Source: Basidiobolus meristosporus CBS 931.73 (taxonomy: Eukaryota > Fungi > Basidiobolomycota). Taken from it: a stretch of 64,000 nucleotides of DNA. The stretch is from the NCBI GenBank assembly GCA_002104905.1, contig MCFE01000128.1:96169-160168 (forward strand), in the 5' to 3' direction. Under the pieces are notes generated by a model. That model had not been told where the DNA came from. It did no database searches and saw only the letters and a list, made by a program, of their open reading frames with translations. A program made the translations under genes and the position numbers. Below, piece by piece: positions 39,637 to 50,695 of the stretch; positions within the stretch are counted from its first letter, which is position 1; each line of letters starts with the position of its first letter.

Positions 39637-42600
39637 ATGTTTATGACCCAGTTGAACTTCGTAAACATCGTGGTGTGTCGACAGTGCCGGCCTAAGGGGA
39701 TTCTGTTTAAGGTGCGTCGTTACCCGCCTCCTTTTTCCCGCCGTCGGCTTGAAGTTCGGTTCCTAGTCACTCAACCCAACAAGCAGGAGGCCTGCTCACA
39801 AAGACGAGAAACCCCCGCCATGCAAAGCCCGACCGCCCCGATATTTTCTTCCTCCAAATATCCTGAGACCAATTCGACACATTTCCTGGTCCCGAAGCAT
39901 TCGCACACCTGGCAGGCTGCCTTCCAAACTCTTTCTACCTTGGTGGGGGCCGGGAAAACGAAGCCCCCATCAAGGCAGGAATTCACGAGCCTGTTGAAGA
40001 TTGTCAACGGCGAAGTCATGAATTCCGAAGCCAGTTGCTCACTAGCGGCAGCGGTTCACACTTTTGTTAAAGATTCACGGTTGGTACTGAGTAGCACCGA
40101 TGACTATATCACACTAATAGAGTTTTATGCCAAAAACGGGAAGCTCAGGGAAGCAACAGAGAAGTTCCTTGAGATGGGAGAGCACGGCTTCAAACTAGGC
40201 CCTGCCGGTCACCATCGGATGATCCATCTATTCGGGAGCCAGAGCCCCAGCGAGGCGTTCAATCTGTACCGAGCAATGTTGAAGCTGGGCGTTTCCCCCG
40301 ACAGAACTATGTATCATATCCTGCTGACATACTGCTTGAAGCAAAGAAATCCGTCGCTATTGGCGGCGATTCATGGCGAGATTTCGAGGCATCACGTTCC
40401 CGCAAGTTATGAAATCCGTAGTCTCTTGATCACCGGATATTGCAAGAACCTGGAGCTTGGGAAGGCCAAGAAATTGCTCCAGTCATTCCAAACGAACGAG
40501 CCTGCTCTAAGTATCAGCACCTACAATCTTCTGATGAGCTCCTTGGTCAAAGTGTCATGTGAGGCCGAGGCTCTCAAAGTGTTCGACCACATGGTTACAC
40601 ACGACGTCGCTCCCAATACTCAGACCTCGACCATCCTCACCAGTATATTTTCCAAAATGCCCGCCTCCTCGCCGCTGATAGAGGCGTACATGAGCCGAGC
40701 GAACCTGTACGACAGCCAAGCAAAGAGTGTGGCCTACAACTCATTACTGCATGCCCACATCAAGCAGGTTGACAAGACGCTGGCACTAGAGACCTACGAA
40801 AGGATGGTCACCCAAGAGGTCCATCCAAATCGAGGGAGCTGCCACCATGTGCTGAACGCGTTGGTGAAGACGTCAAGGATGTCTGAGGCTGAGGCCCTGG
40901 TCGCATCCATGGTCTCCCGTAACATTGAACCTACTCCCTTGACCTACAACATCCTCATCAATGGCTGGGTGAAGCAGTCTAATTTCAAGAAAGCGAAATG
41001 GCAGTTCCAAGAGATGATCAAGCGCCAACTACTGCCTTCTGTTGCCACGTATACCATCTTACTGAACGGTTTCGCGAAGGCTGGTGATTCTGAAGAGATA
41101 GCCCAGCTTTGCCGCGATATGGAGCAGCGCGGAGTTGCCCCTGACGCCAAGTTCTATACGTCGCGGATCCACGCATGCATCCGGCTCAATGAACTGGACC
41201 AGGGGATCCAGGTCTATCAGAAGATGCTTGAGCAAAACATCCAGCCAGATGTTGTAACATACTCAACGGTGATTGAAGCATACATGAAGCAAACGAAAGT
41301 CGACCAAGCGATTGAGGCCTATGAACAGATGCAAGACCGCGGAGTCCTGCCCAACACAGTGATATACACCAACATGTTCCGTGGCTATGTTCAGTTGTCA
41401 CGGTTTCAAGATGCCTTGCGAGTATTTCACACCTTGCGAAAGAAGAACATCCGATTGGACATCATTGCCTACACGGTGATGATCGAGGCATTCCTTCAGC
41501 ACGCCAACATCCCAGAGGCTCTGGCGCTGTACGAGGAGGTGTTTTCCTCGAGAGAGAAGCCAGACGTGGTATTTTTCACCGCACTTATCCACGGCCTCTC
41601 AGCACAATCGTCGGCCGAGCAAATCCGAAGCCTCTTCAATCTGATGAAAGAGCAAGGGCTTGTTCCCGATCTGAAAGCGTACAACACCCTGATCAACGCG
41701 CTGGTCCAGAAGAAGGATGTTGCAGGTGCCGCCGAAGTCCTGGCGGACATGGAATCTCAAAACATCTCACCGGACGTGGCGACGTACAGCACGTTGATTC
41801 ATGGCTACGTGAGCACGGGAGACCTTCTCCAAGCGATGAAGCTGTATAGCGAGATGCGAACTCAAGGTGTCTCACCCAACGTTTACACACTAACCACGCT
41901 AATCAACGGGTTTGCCAAGAGGTCTGACATGAAGACCGTTTTCAAACTTCTTCAGGAGATGCTGGACCGGGGGCTATTCCCCAACGAGGTCACCTACGTC
42001 GCACTGATACACGCGTGCACCTTGCGGCTGGAGATGGTACGTGCCATGAAACTCTACCAGAGCATGTTGGCACGGGAGCTGAAGCCAAACATCCAAATAT
42101 ACACTTCGCTGATCCGAGGATTTGCTAGGCTTCAGGATATGGAGAGCGGGGATCGGCTTTTGGAAGAGATGTCGGCCCGTGGCCTGCAGGCAGACGTCAA
42201 AACCTACTCGGTAATCATTGCGGGATATATGGCCCATGGCGATTCCAAGCGCGCTGTAGCAGTTTACCATGACATGCTCGCACGAGAACTCACCCCGGAC
42301 CTGAGCCTCTACACAGTCCTCATCGACGGCTACGCCAAGCTGTCCGAAATGGACCGGGCAACCAAGCTCTTCCACGAAATGAAATCCCAGGGAGTTCGGC
42401 CGGATGTGTGCCTGTATACTGCCATGATCAACGGCTACTCCCGGGATTCGGACATGGACAAGGCCCAGCGATTGTTTGAAGAGATGTTGGCGCAGGGCAT
42501 CCAGCCGGATGTCAAGCTATACACCAGTCTGATCAGCGGCTATGCCAAGAAGGCCGACCTCCACGGGGCACGAAAACTCACCTCAGACATGACCGCACGA

Positions 42601-42660
42601 GGGATCCACCCTGATGGTTACTTGTACAATATCTTGAACTACGCACGGACAAGAAAGTAG
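39637..42660 (+). CDS. Long P-class pentatricopeptide-repeat protein (about 24 motifs, last 18 perfectly spaced)
   Basis: Intronless 1007-codon ORF with 35-aa repeats such as VVTYSTVIEAY..A...Y..M...GV.PN. Start ambiguous (alternatives ATG 39643 or 39820). Confidence 0.95.
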   Translation: MFMTQLNFVNIVVCRQCRPKGILFKVRRYPPPFSRRRLEVRFLVTQPNKQEACSQRRETPAMQSPTAPIFSSSKYPETNSTHFLVPKHSHTWQAAFQTLSTLVGAGKTKPPSRQEFTSLLKIVNGEVMNSEASCSLAAAVHTFVKDSRLVLSSTDDYITLIEFYAKNGKLREATEKFLEMGEHGFKLGPAGHHRMIHLFGSQSPSEAFNLYRAMLKLGVSPDRTMYHILLTYCLKQRNPSLLAAIHGEISRHHVPASYEIRSLLITGYCKNLELGKAKKLLQSFQTNEPALSISTYNLLMSSLVKVSCEAEALKVFDHMVTHDVAPNTQTSTILTSIFSKMPASSPLIEAYMSRANLYDSQAKSVAYNSLLHAHIKQVDKTLALETYERMVTQEVHPNRGSCHHVLNALVKTSRMSEAEALVASMVSRNIEPTPLTYNILINGWVKQSNFKKAKWQFQEMIKRQLLPSVATYTILLNGFAKAGDSEEIAQLCRDMEQRGVAPDAKFYTSRIHACIRLNELDQGIQVYQKMLEQNIQPDVVTYSTVIEAYMKQTKVDQAIEAYEQMQDRGVLPNTVIYTNMFRGYVQLSRFQDALRVFHTLRKKNIRLDIIAYTVMIEAFLQHANIPEALALYEEVFSSREKPDVVFFTALIHGLSAQSSAEQIRSLFNLMKEQGLVPDLKAYNTLINALVQKKDVAGAAEVLADMESQNISPDVATYSTLIHGYVSTGDLLQAMKLYSEMRTQGVSPNVYTLTTLINGFAKRSDMKTVFKLLQEMLDRGLFPNEVTYVALIHACTLRLEMVRAMKLYQSMLARELKPNIQIYTSLIRGFARLQDMESGDRLLEEMSARGLQADVKTYSVIIAGYMAHGDSKRAVAVYHDMLARELTPDLSLYTVLIDGYAKLSEMDRATKLFHEMKSQGVRPDVCLYTAMINGYSRDSDMDKAQRLFEEMLAQGIQPDVKLYTSLISGYAKKADLHGARKLTSDMTARGIHPDGYLYNILNYARTRK

Positions 42661-42878
42661 TCCTCGGACTTCCAAACCCCAATTCATCCACCACTCACAA
42701 GGCATTGTTCATTTTCATCATGCATCACACAACCAACAGTGTTTTCTTTTGTACACACGTATATCGTTTTGACACCCACGCTAATCAGCCCCACCACCAA
42801 CCCTAGACTCTCATCACATGCGATCTCTACCATCCACATAGATATAAATACATAAACGATAGATACCATCCACATACA

Positions 42879-42969
42879 AACTCGCTGCCACCCAACCTTA
42901 CCAGGGTATGAATGATGGAGCTGAACTCGCTGCCACCCAACCTTACCAGGGTATGAATGATGGGAGCTG
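42879..42969. repeat. 45-bp tandem duplication between the two PPR genes
   Basis: aactcgctgccacccaaccttaccagggtatgaatgatgg(g)agctg x2. Confidence 0.9.
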
Positions 42970-43359
42970 AGGCCAATCTAGGCCCGGTCGATGGATACAA
43001 ATGGAAAGTGTGTGGGGGATGGATTCTAGATCCCACTGCATCCCCATCAAATTGTTACCTGGGGTTCCTCGCTTGACACCAGCAGTAGGGATAAGGTTGT
43101 GGAAAAGGTGCAGATTGGTAAATCATCGGCTTTCCACGCATCCCGATGGTTTTCCAGGGATCCGCGAAAATTTCCGCTCGGGATGGGCTGGGATGATAGG
43201 TGAGGCATGGAGAAAAATCTCCTTTCTTAAGTAGCAGGGTGGGTTTGGATTTCCTAGGGATCATCCGACCAGTCAGTCACCTTATTGTTCTCCAGGGCGA
43301 ATTTTCTTCTCACATCAATCCCTTCTTGCCTTGAGCTCACACCCACTTCCACCACACCT

Positions 43360-44580
43360 ATGGGCTTCGTTGGGGCTCAGCTAAGAACTCTGGTCTATCG
43401 GCAAACCAGGCGTCTCCTGGTGACGCCACCATTGCCAAGACCCCTCCTCCCGAGAGCCTCGATCCTCCAGAGACATTGCCTCGTGAGCACACAAACCATC
43501 CGGCCTCCCGCCGATGCACCTCCCCTGCTAGAGGTGGACCTGGAGAAGGCCCGCATGAAGAGCGCCCTCCGCGGGCTAGACTACGAGGGGGCCTGGCAGA
43601 GCTTCGTCAACTTGGTTCAGACCCGGGGGAAGTACCACGTCCCGCTGGACTGTCTAGTGGACCTGATACGCTTGGTGCTCGACCACAAAACCGACAACCT
43701 CCGAAGATTGCAACAGCTTAGCCAGCTGGTCGACTATCTGAGCGAGACTAGGGAGACGTTGCCCACCTTGGAGGACTACACGTTGGTGATGAGGTATTTC
43801 GGGAAGCATGGGCACAGGTTCGGGGAGAGCTCGGAGTTGAGCAAGACGGTGCTGAAGCAGATGCTCTACCTGTACCAGGAGATGGTCGCCAAATCGATCC
43901 CTATCGACCACACCACCTACAACGCATTGATCAAAGGGCTGTGCAAGAACGCCCGGGTGTCTCAGGCGATGGAGCTGTATCGACACATGCTGGACTCCAA
44001 GGTCACCCCCACCGTAGCCACCTACAACACCTTGCTCAGCACCTACACGAAATCCTCGAAGCTCCACAAGGCTTTGGAGCTGTACGATGAGATGAAGGGG
44101 ATGGGACTGGTGGGCGACACTGTAACATACACAACCCTGATCAACGGCCTCCTGAAGATCCACGAGTACCGTCGAGCTATGGAGGTCTACAAGGAGATGG
44201 TCGACAAGAAAGTCCGTCTGAACGTGATCACCTACACGACGCTTATCAACGGCCACGTGAAGCAGGGCAACATCTCCGAAGCCATGAAGGTCTATTCAGA
44301 TATGGTTGCGAACGAGATCTCCCCCAACGTGGTGACGTACAACGTTCTCATCAACGGGCAGATGCGGGACGACAACCTGGAGGCCGCCATGGAGCTCTAC
44401 CGGGACATGCTGGCCCACTCGATCGCCCCAACCGTCATCACCTTCAACACCCTAATAGAAGGATTCGTGAGGATCAAGGATGTCGAGAGCGTCACCAAGC
44501 TCTATCGGGACATGCTGTTCCTCAAGATCCAGCCAACCGAGGTCACCAGAAGAACCATCGCCAAACTGGAGCGTAGCTGA
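43360..44580 (+). CDS. Pentatricopeptide-repeat protein (6-7 motifs), probable mitochondrial presequence
   Basis: ATG at 43360 inside ORF 43285-44580; Arg-rich, acid-free N-terminus; repeats HTTYNALIKGLCK, VATYNTLL, TVTYTTLING, VITYTTLING, VVTYNVLING, VITFNTLIEG. Confidence 0.92.
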   Translation: MGFVGAQLRTLVYRQTRRLLVTPPLPRPLLPRASILQRHCLVSTQTIRPPADAPPLLEVDLEKARMKSALRGLDYEGAWQSFVNLVQTRGKYHVPLDCLVDLIRLVLDHKTDNLRRLQQLSQLVDYLSETRETLPTLEDYTLVMRYFGKHGHRFGESSELSKTVLKQMLYLYQEMVAKSIPIDHTTYNALIKGLCKNARVSQAMELYRHMLDSKVTPTVATYNTLLSTYTKSSKLHKALELYDEMKGMGLVGDTVTYTTLINGLLKIHEYRRAMEVYKEMVDKKVRLNVITYTTLINGHVKQGNISEAMKVYSDMVANEISPNVVTYNVLINGQMRDDNLEAAMELYRDMLAHSIAPTVITFNTLIEGFVRIKDVESVTKLYRDMLFLKIQPTEVTRRTIAKLERS

Positions 44581-44990
44581 ATTACCTAGAATCTCCCGCT
44601 TCCTCTCACTCCCCGCCCCCGCCCCCTCCCTCTCACTCCCCATGTACAGATCAATAAACATCATCTTGCTTCATTAAACCGTGGCACAAGTGCGTTTCGT
44701 CTGCTGTGCCGAACCAGAAGAGGCTAAGCCACTTCGATGCCGACTGACCATCCCCACCGAATCCCCAAGCATCGAATATGGATGCATGTTGGACGCTACC
44801 ACCCACCCACCAAAAAATGAGGGGCCAGTGATCTATGCGCATCCCTAGATCTGTCAAGTGGGAAGGCATCAATCGATTTGGACGGAGTCCAATCAGATCT
44901 CCGCGTCCACCAGAACCCATATTAACCACGGTTCCAGTTTCGCAGTCAGCTTGTGATTTTTATCTGAGCGTGTAGTCAGCTTCCAACAGA

Positions 44991-46907
44991 ATGGTAGCGA
45001 AAGTCGAGGTCGGAAATTCTACTGTCTCCAGAGGTATCCTAAGGAAGGTCCTGCTCACCGCCGTAGGGCTTCCCGCCGTATTGATGCTGGTGATCCAGGC
45101 GGTGGTGGTCGGCTCGTTCCTAATTCCCGTGTTGTTTCCGCTTGTGGGTAAAGTGGCCTTTGCAAAACACCCCTGGTTTTGTTTGAACCGTGCTAACCAG
45201 TCGTCCCTTAGTGCTGTCGTATCTCTCGGTCTGGTTGGTGTACTACAAATATGGTGAGGAAAAGACCGCGGTGCTGGGCCACCTTGTCGATTTCTTTGTG
45301 CGTCCATACTCACTCGCTCGCTTCCTCCAGCACAAGTGCCTCGTACCACACGCTGGAAAGTCCCGCTTCACCCGGTCCGCATCTACAAAGTCATCTATGT
45401 GTTCTTCGAGTTCGTCGACGAGTTGCTCACCGGCCCATTCCTCCCCACCTTCTGGCAATGGCTGAGGGTGAAGCTTTTCGAGCCAGGCCTACCCGCCCAA
45501 TACCTCAAGTAAGTCTCCTTTCGGAAGTGCCCCTTCGCAGTCAACACGTTCCCTCACCACCATACCTAGGAAAAATATCGTCTACGACGAAGCGCACCCT
45601 AACCGCAAGCTCGACATTTACCTCCCCTCGCACCCGAATCACCCGCAGCTCAGCCTGAAGAGGCCGTCGGGGCACACGAACTCTTCGGAGGCCCCCTCCA
45701 GCCCGGTGATCGTGGTGGCGTGCGGTGGGACATGGAACAGAGGTGGAGAGAATTCCTTGGTGTTGGTTGAGGAGGTCAGAGACTAACCACACCTGTATAG
45801 CAGGGAGTCGACAGGTGTACTCACCCATGGCGCAGACGCTACGGAAGCTGGGCTATCTGATTGTGCTGATGGAGGGAGACCATTTCAAGGAGGTAAGACC
45901 CACTCTCTTTCGTACAGACACATTCGCTTACATACGTTTAGACGACCATTGGGGACATGGTGGCCGCAATGCAGCATGCAATCACTTGGGTTTTCTCCCA
46001 CATCAGGTTTGTCTGGCACGAATCCTGCGTCTCATCCAACCGCTCGACTGACTGGATGTTGTTGATGAAGGGAATACGGTGGGGACCCGAACCAGGTATA
46101 TCTGATGGGCCACGGGTCCGGCGCGCATCTGGTCTCCTTGACCATCATCCATGACGCATTGACCTCCCTGGATCTGCTACCAGAGACTGGTCCGACCTCC
46201 AGCCATATCAAGGTCCCCAAATGGAATCTCAACAGAGCGCCCAAGGCGAGAGGGCTGATACTGTAAGTGGCTTCCTTCGAGCTTGCACGAGTGCCCAATG
46301 CTAATGCGACCCAAGATTTTCCGGGATGTTCGACACAAAGTCCCAGTACCATCACGAACGGTATCGTGGGATCGAGGAGATATCTGGACTGGCGAGGGTC
46401 ATGGGTAAGTGGCTTGGCTCCCCCTTACTTCGGTAACATCCCTCAGCTGACCGCCCCCTCCCAGGCCTCCCTGACGCCCCAAATGGGCTGACCTCCCCCT
46501 CGGCCCTTCTCCTCCATGCGCTTGAGCGCGAGAACCAGGATGTCCTACGCTCGCTGCTCCCCTCCAGAATGCTGATTGTCCATGGCGACAAGGTACTTGC
46601 GCGCCAGCCCCTCCCCTCCCTCCACTGTCTCGACCCCTTCCCTAATCACCACCCATCCCGTAGGACAACATTGTGCCCCTTCATTCGGCCCGGACATTTT
46701 TCAACCAACTTTGCAAGGTTGGCATAGCCGATGTGAAGCTGAAGATATACTCCAACATGAAACACATCAACCCAGCCATCGGTAACATGCACTTGACGAA
46801 TCAGACCCTCAGCCCCCTCTAATCCGGTTCATGTAGGTTTCCTGGCCCAGACCACGCCATTTTGCGTCTCCTTGCTGAACGATGTGGAGAGTTTTGTGCA
46901 GTCGTGA
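44991..46907 (+). CDS. Membrane-anchored alpha/beta hydrolase (prenylcysteine methylesterase / HSL-like), many introns
   Basis: Spliced pieces: hydrophobic N-terminus, KNIVY..KLDIYLP, PVIVVACGGTWNRG, LRKLGY, HAITWV..I.EYGGDPNQVYLMGHGSGAHL, RGIEEISGLARVMG, LIVHGDKDNIVP, KIYSNMKH; stop at 46905-46907. Exon model manual. Confidence 0.8.
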
Positions 46908-47209
46908 AGGATGTCACAGGACCCGCGTTAGTTTCATCCATTCTAACCAAAGTTACGTCAGGCTGGATAGATGTGGATCGGGGAAATAACCGTATCTTCA
47001 TCTTTATCCTCATCCCACCCTCATCCATATCTTCATCGGTATCCGCATTCGCATTCGCATCCGCATCTACATCCCATATCCACGAAATCTAGAAAGAATT
47101 TTCAGGGATTTTTTTTAGAACCTGCCCCGCTCGTGATGTGCGAACCATTTATTTACTCGATCCCCGGGGGTTTTTTTCCCGTATCGTCTTGTTCTCCACT
47201 TGGTAGAAG

Positions 47210-48989
47210 ATGGCTCAAGAAATCACGAAAGGTACTGAAACCCTTTCCCTCCAGGAAGGTTTGTCTTGTCTCGGTCGGTGTCGTTCACTCCCCCACCCCC
47301 CACTGAACCCTTTCTCCTCCTCTGTTAGGTGCTATCGTATTCGTCGACGAGGTCAACGGTTCGGATGAAACCGGAAACGGTTCTCAAGAGACCCCCTTCC
47401 AAACCCCCGTCGTCGCCCTCCAAAAGGCTGGTGACAACATCACCATCAAGGTCCAAAAGACCGCCGAGGAAGGTTACAAGGACATCTCCGGCGCCGCCTT
47501 GAAGAAGGCCAAGAAGAAGGTTGAGGAGCTCCAGAGAAAGGCCAAGAAGGCCGAGGAGCAACAGAAATCCGAGGCTGACAAGGCCAACGCTCGCGCCGCT
47601 GAGGAAGCCAAGAGACTGGAAGAGGCCAAGAAGATCGTTCTTACCGAGGACTCCTCCCTTCCCAAGGCTGAGAAGATCAAGATCCGTAACAGTGTTCAGT
47701 CCCGCGGCAAGCGTGTCCAAGTTTCTGGCTGGGTTCACCGTATGAGAACCCAAGGTAAGGACATGAGATTCATCATCCTTAGAGATGGTACCGGCTACTT
47801 GCAGGTCGTCATGACTGGCAGACTCTGCCACACTTTCGATGCTCTCACCTTGACCATGGAGTCCACCGTGACCGTCTATGGTGTCATCAATGAGCTCCCC
47901 GAAGGTAAGACCGCTCCTGACCACCACGAGCTTGTTGCCGATTACTGGGAAGTCATCCACAAGGCCCCCGGTGGTGAAGAGGCTTTCGGTAACAAGTTGA
48001 ACGAGGAGTCCGATCCTTCCGTTCTCTTCGACCAACGTCACCTCGTCATCCGTGGTGAGACCGCATCCTCCATTTTGCGCGCCCGCTCATCCATTCAAAA
48101 GGCCTTCCGTGACCACTTCTACTCCCGTGGTTACAGTGAGGTTGTCCCTCCCTGCATGGTGCAAACCCAAGTCGAGGGTGGCAGTACCCTTTTCGAATTC
48201 AACTACTACGGAGAGTCCGCCTACCTTACCCAATCCTCCCAGCTCTACCTTGAGACCTGTCTTCCCGCCCTCGGAGATGTTTACTGCATGTCTGAATCCT
48301 TCCGTGCCGAGAAGTCCCACACCAGAAGACACTTGTCCGAATACACACATCTTGAGGCTGAAATGGCCTTCATCGATTTCGACGACTTGCTCAACAGAAT
48401 CGAAGATCTCGTTTGCGACACCATCGACAGGGCCCTCGCCGACCCCGTCACCCGCGACTTGGTCAAGTCTCTCAACCCCGACTTCAAGCCTCCCCAACGT
48501 CCATTCCTTCGCATGGACTACACCGAGGCCATCGAGTGGCTTCGTGAGAACAACGTTCGTAAGGAGGACGGTACCACCTACGAATTCGGAGACGACATTC
48601 CTGAAGCCCCTGAGCGCCAGATGACCGACAAGATCGGCCGCCCCATCCTGCTCTGCCGCTTCCCTGTGGAGATCAAGAGTTTCTACATGAAGAAGGACAA
48701 GGTCGACCCCAGAGTCACCGAGAGTGTGGATCTGTTGATGCCCGGAGTTGGTGAGATCGTTGGTGGAAGTATGCGTATCTCCGACTTGGACGAACTCCTC
48801 GCCGGCTACAAGCGTGAAGGAATCGATCCCACCCCCTACTACTGGTTCAGTGACCAACGTAAATACGGTTCCTGCGAACACGGTGGTTACGGTCTCGGCG
48901 TGGAGCGCTTCCTTGCCTGGATCCTCAACAGATACACCGTTCGTGAGGTCTGTCTCTATCCTAGATTCACCGGCCGTTGCAAGCCTTAA
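47210..48989 (+). CDS. DED81: Cytosolic asparaginyl-tRNA synthetase
   Basis: Short exon 1 (MAQEITK) plus intron, then VDEVNGSDETGNGS..PF.T, OB fold (RVQVSGWVHRMR..FIILRDGTG), LFDQRHLVIRGE, YLTQSSQLYLE, FRAEKSHTRRHLSEY, GEIVGGSMR, HGGYGLGVERF, C-terminal RFTGRCKP. Confidence 0.97.
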
Positions 48990-50314
48990 ACCAACCCCCC
49001 TTCCCTCACAACCGAACCCCCCCCCAAATCGAGTAATAAAATCCCCTTTTGTTCGCACGTCATCTATGTCGTTTACGTTAAATACACATTCCCAACGAAT
49101 CTGGATGGATGAATGTTTTCATGAGTCGAGATGAGTCATAACTGGTCATGGGCCCACCAATCTTTGCGTATCCGTTGTATAGGGGAGGATGAATTTGGTT
49201 GGTTGATCGGGCGGTTGGCATCTACCGCATCCAGTCAATCTTCGCCCTAACATCTCATCACTGGCCAACGTCAGAGTAATATACGAGCCAACCTCCGCGC
49301 GTCATCCCACACCAGCCTCCGGGATGGGCCGTGAGGAAACCGGTTGTGGCTCGATGGCAGGGGGGGGGATGGAGGAGAGAGATCATGCACATTTCGGTTG
49401 GAGTCGACTTCTCTACTGGTTGGTGGCATATAGCCATCACCATCTACGATATCATCGATTATGCAGTCACTTGGATCTGCATGGGTGGTGATTTGCGTCT
49501 AGCATTGTAACGGTCAGGCACCCTGTTTAACACCTAGTGTACGCTCAAATGGACATTGCTAAAATACTGACAATCCATCAAACCATCATATTGCCTCACT
49601 ATTTGTCAGCTGAAGAGATCAGTTGGTGAATTGACCCCAATGCATATCACCGAAACAGAGTCAATAATTAGAATGTCGAACGCCAATAATACGGTGAAGC
49701 CTAGGGGTTAGACGAGTATGTATCCTCCCCCGTCACTCCCCCGTCACTCCCCCATTAAAGCAGCCAACTCATCCAAATGCTGGGATTGTTGAGAGACACC
49801 AGGAACTTACCCTTTCCACGAACAAGTGAGGCCAGTTTGGCAATTCTACTCTCTACTACAAGCAGGGTTGAAGGGCGTGGCACAGGGAAGTATCTGCAAC
49901 TTTGATGTGCCCTTCTTGAGCTGCCGTGTGGGCCACGATAACCGGTGTTTAGAAGATCATGTGCCGGTTCCGGCATACCCTACCAACCTGTTGCGAACAG
50001 AGCCTGTATGACCTCGAACCCAGCGCAAATCGTTTGTCATTCATTTGGCCCATTCGAAGACACCATTGTGCAACTAGTTCGGCCGAACATGGTTGGCCAA
50101 GCCTGGTTACCAATTCCATTGGTACCATAGTCAAGGGTTAGGGTTTGAGTATTGTAAGAGGAAAATCAAATATTCGCGCATGAACTTGGGTCTAGAAAGC
50201 TTGCTCGCTCTTGGATAGAGATGCATCGCACATGCTGTGCCACCACTAGTATCCAGAGGTATACTATATATCAAGTTCTCCGGCGTAGTCCTCGACTATC
50301 GCTACGCTTACAAC

Positions 50315-50695
50315 ATGAAGTTCTACCTCCTCTTGGCCACTTCGTTGGCTGCCACCGCCTTCGCCCAGAATTTCTCGTCTTCACTCGGGGACGAGCACTG
50401 CAAGAAATGCATCGAAGCCATGCCATGCATTGACAAGGTGTACTCCACAGGCAAAGCCCCTGATGCGAACGAGGCGATCAGTTGTCAATGCAATGATCAA
50501 TTATTTTCCGTCTACGAGAGTGAATGCCTTCAATGTTCCTTGTTCAAGCAAAGTTCTCAGCCCCTACCAAGCTTAAATCGACTCAAGGATGAGTGCGCAG
50601 CCGCGAAAAAGGCTACATCCAATGCCATCAGCAGTTTTGACCCCACCAACGTCGCATTGGCAGTAATAGTTGGTGGGCTGGCGCTGGTATTGTAG
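50315..50695 (+). CDS. Small secreted 8-cysteine protein with C-terminal hydrophobic (GPI-like) tail, CFEM-like spacing
   Basis: Signal peptide MKFYLLLATSLAATAFA; C-x2-C-x5-C-x18-CxC-x11-C-x2-C-x19-C; ends NVALAVIVGGLALVL; TATA-like TACTATATA at ~50260. Confidence 0.8.
   Translation: MKFYLLLATSLAATAFAQNFSSSLGDEHCKKCIEAMPCIDKVYSTGKAPDANEAISCQCNDQLFSVYESECLQCSLFKQSSQPLPSLNRLKDECAAAKKATSNAISSFDPTNVALAVIVGGLALVL

Noticed and set aside
39637-44580. Regularly spaced nucleotide repeats as a CRISPR-like or satellite array
   Set aside because: The 105-nt periodicity is protein-level PPR repetition inside open frames.
47325-49058. Long minus-strand ORFs (47325-48041, 48087-49058)
   Set aside because: Antisense shadows of the codon-biased AsnRS gene; no motifs of their own.
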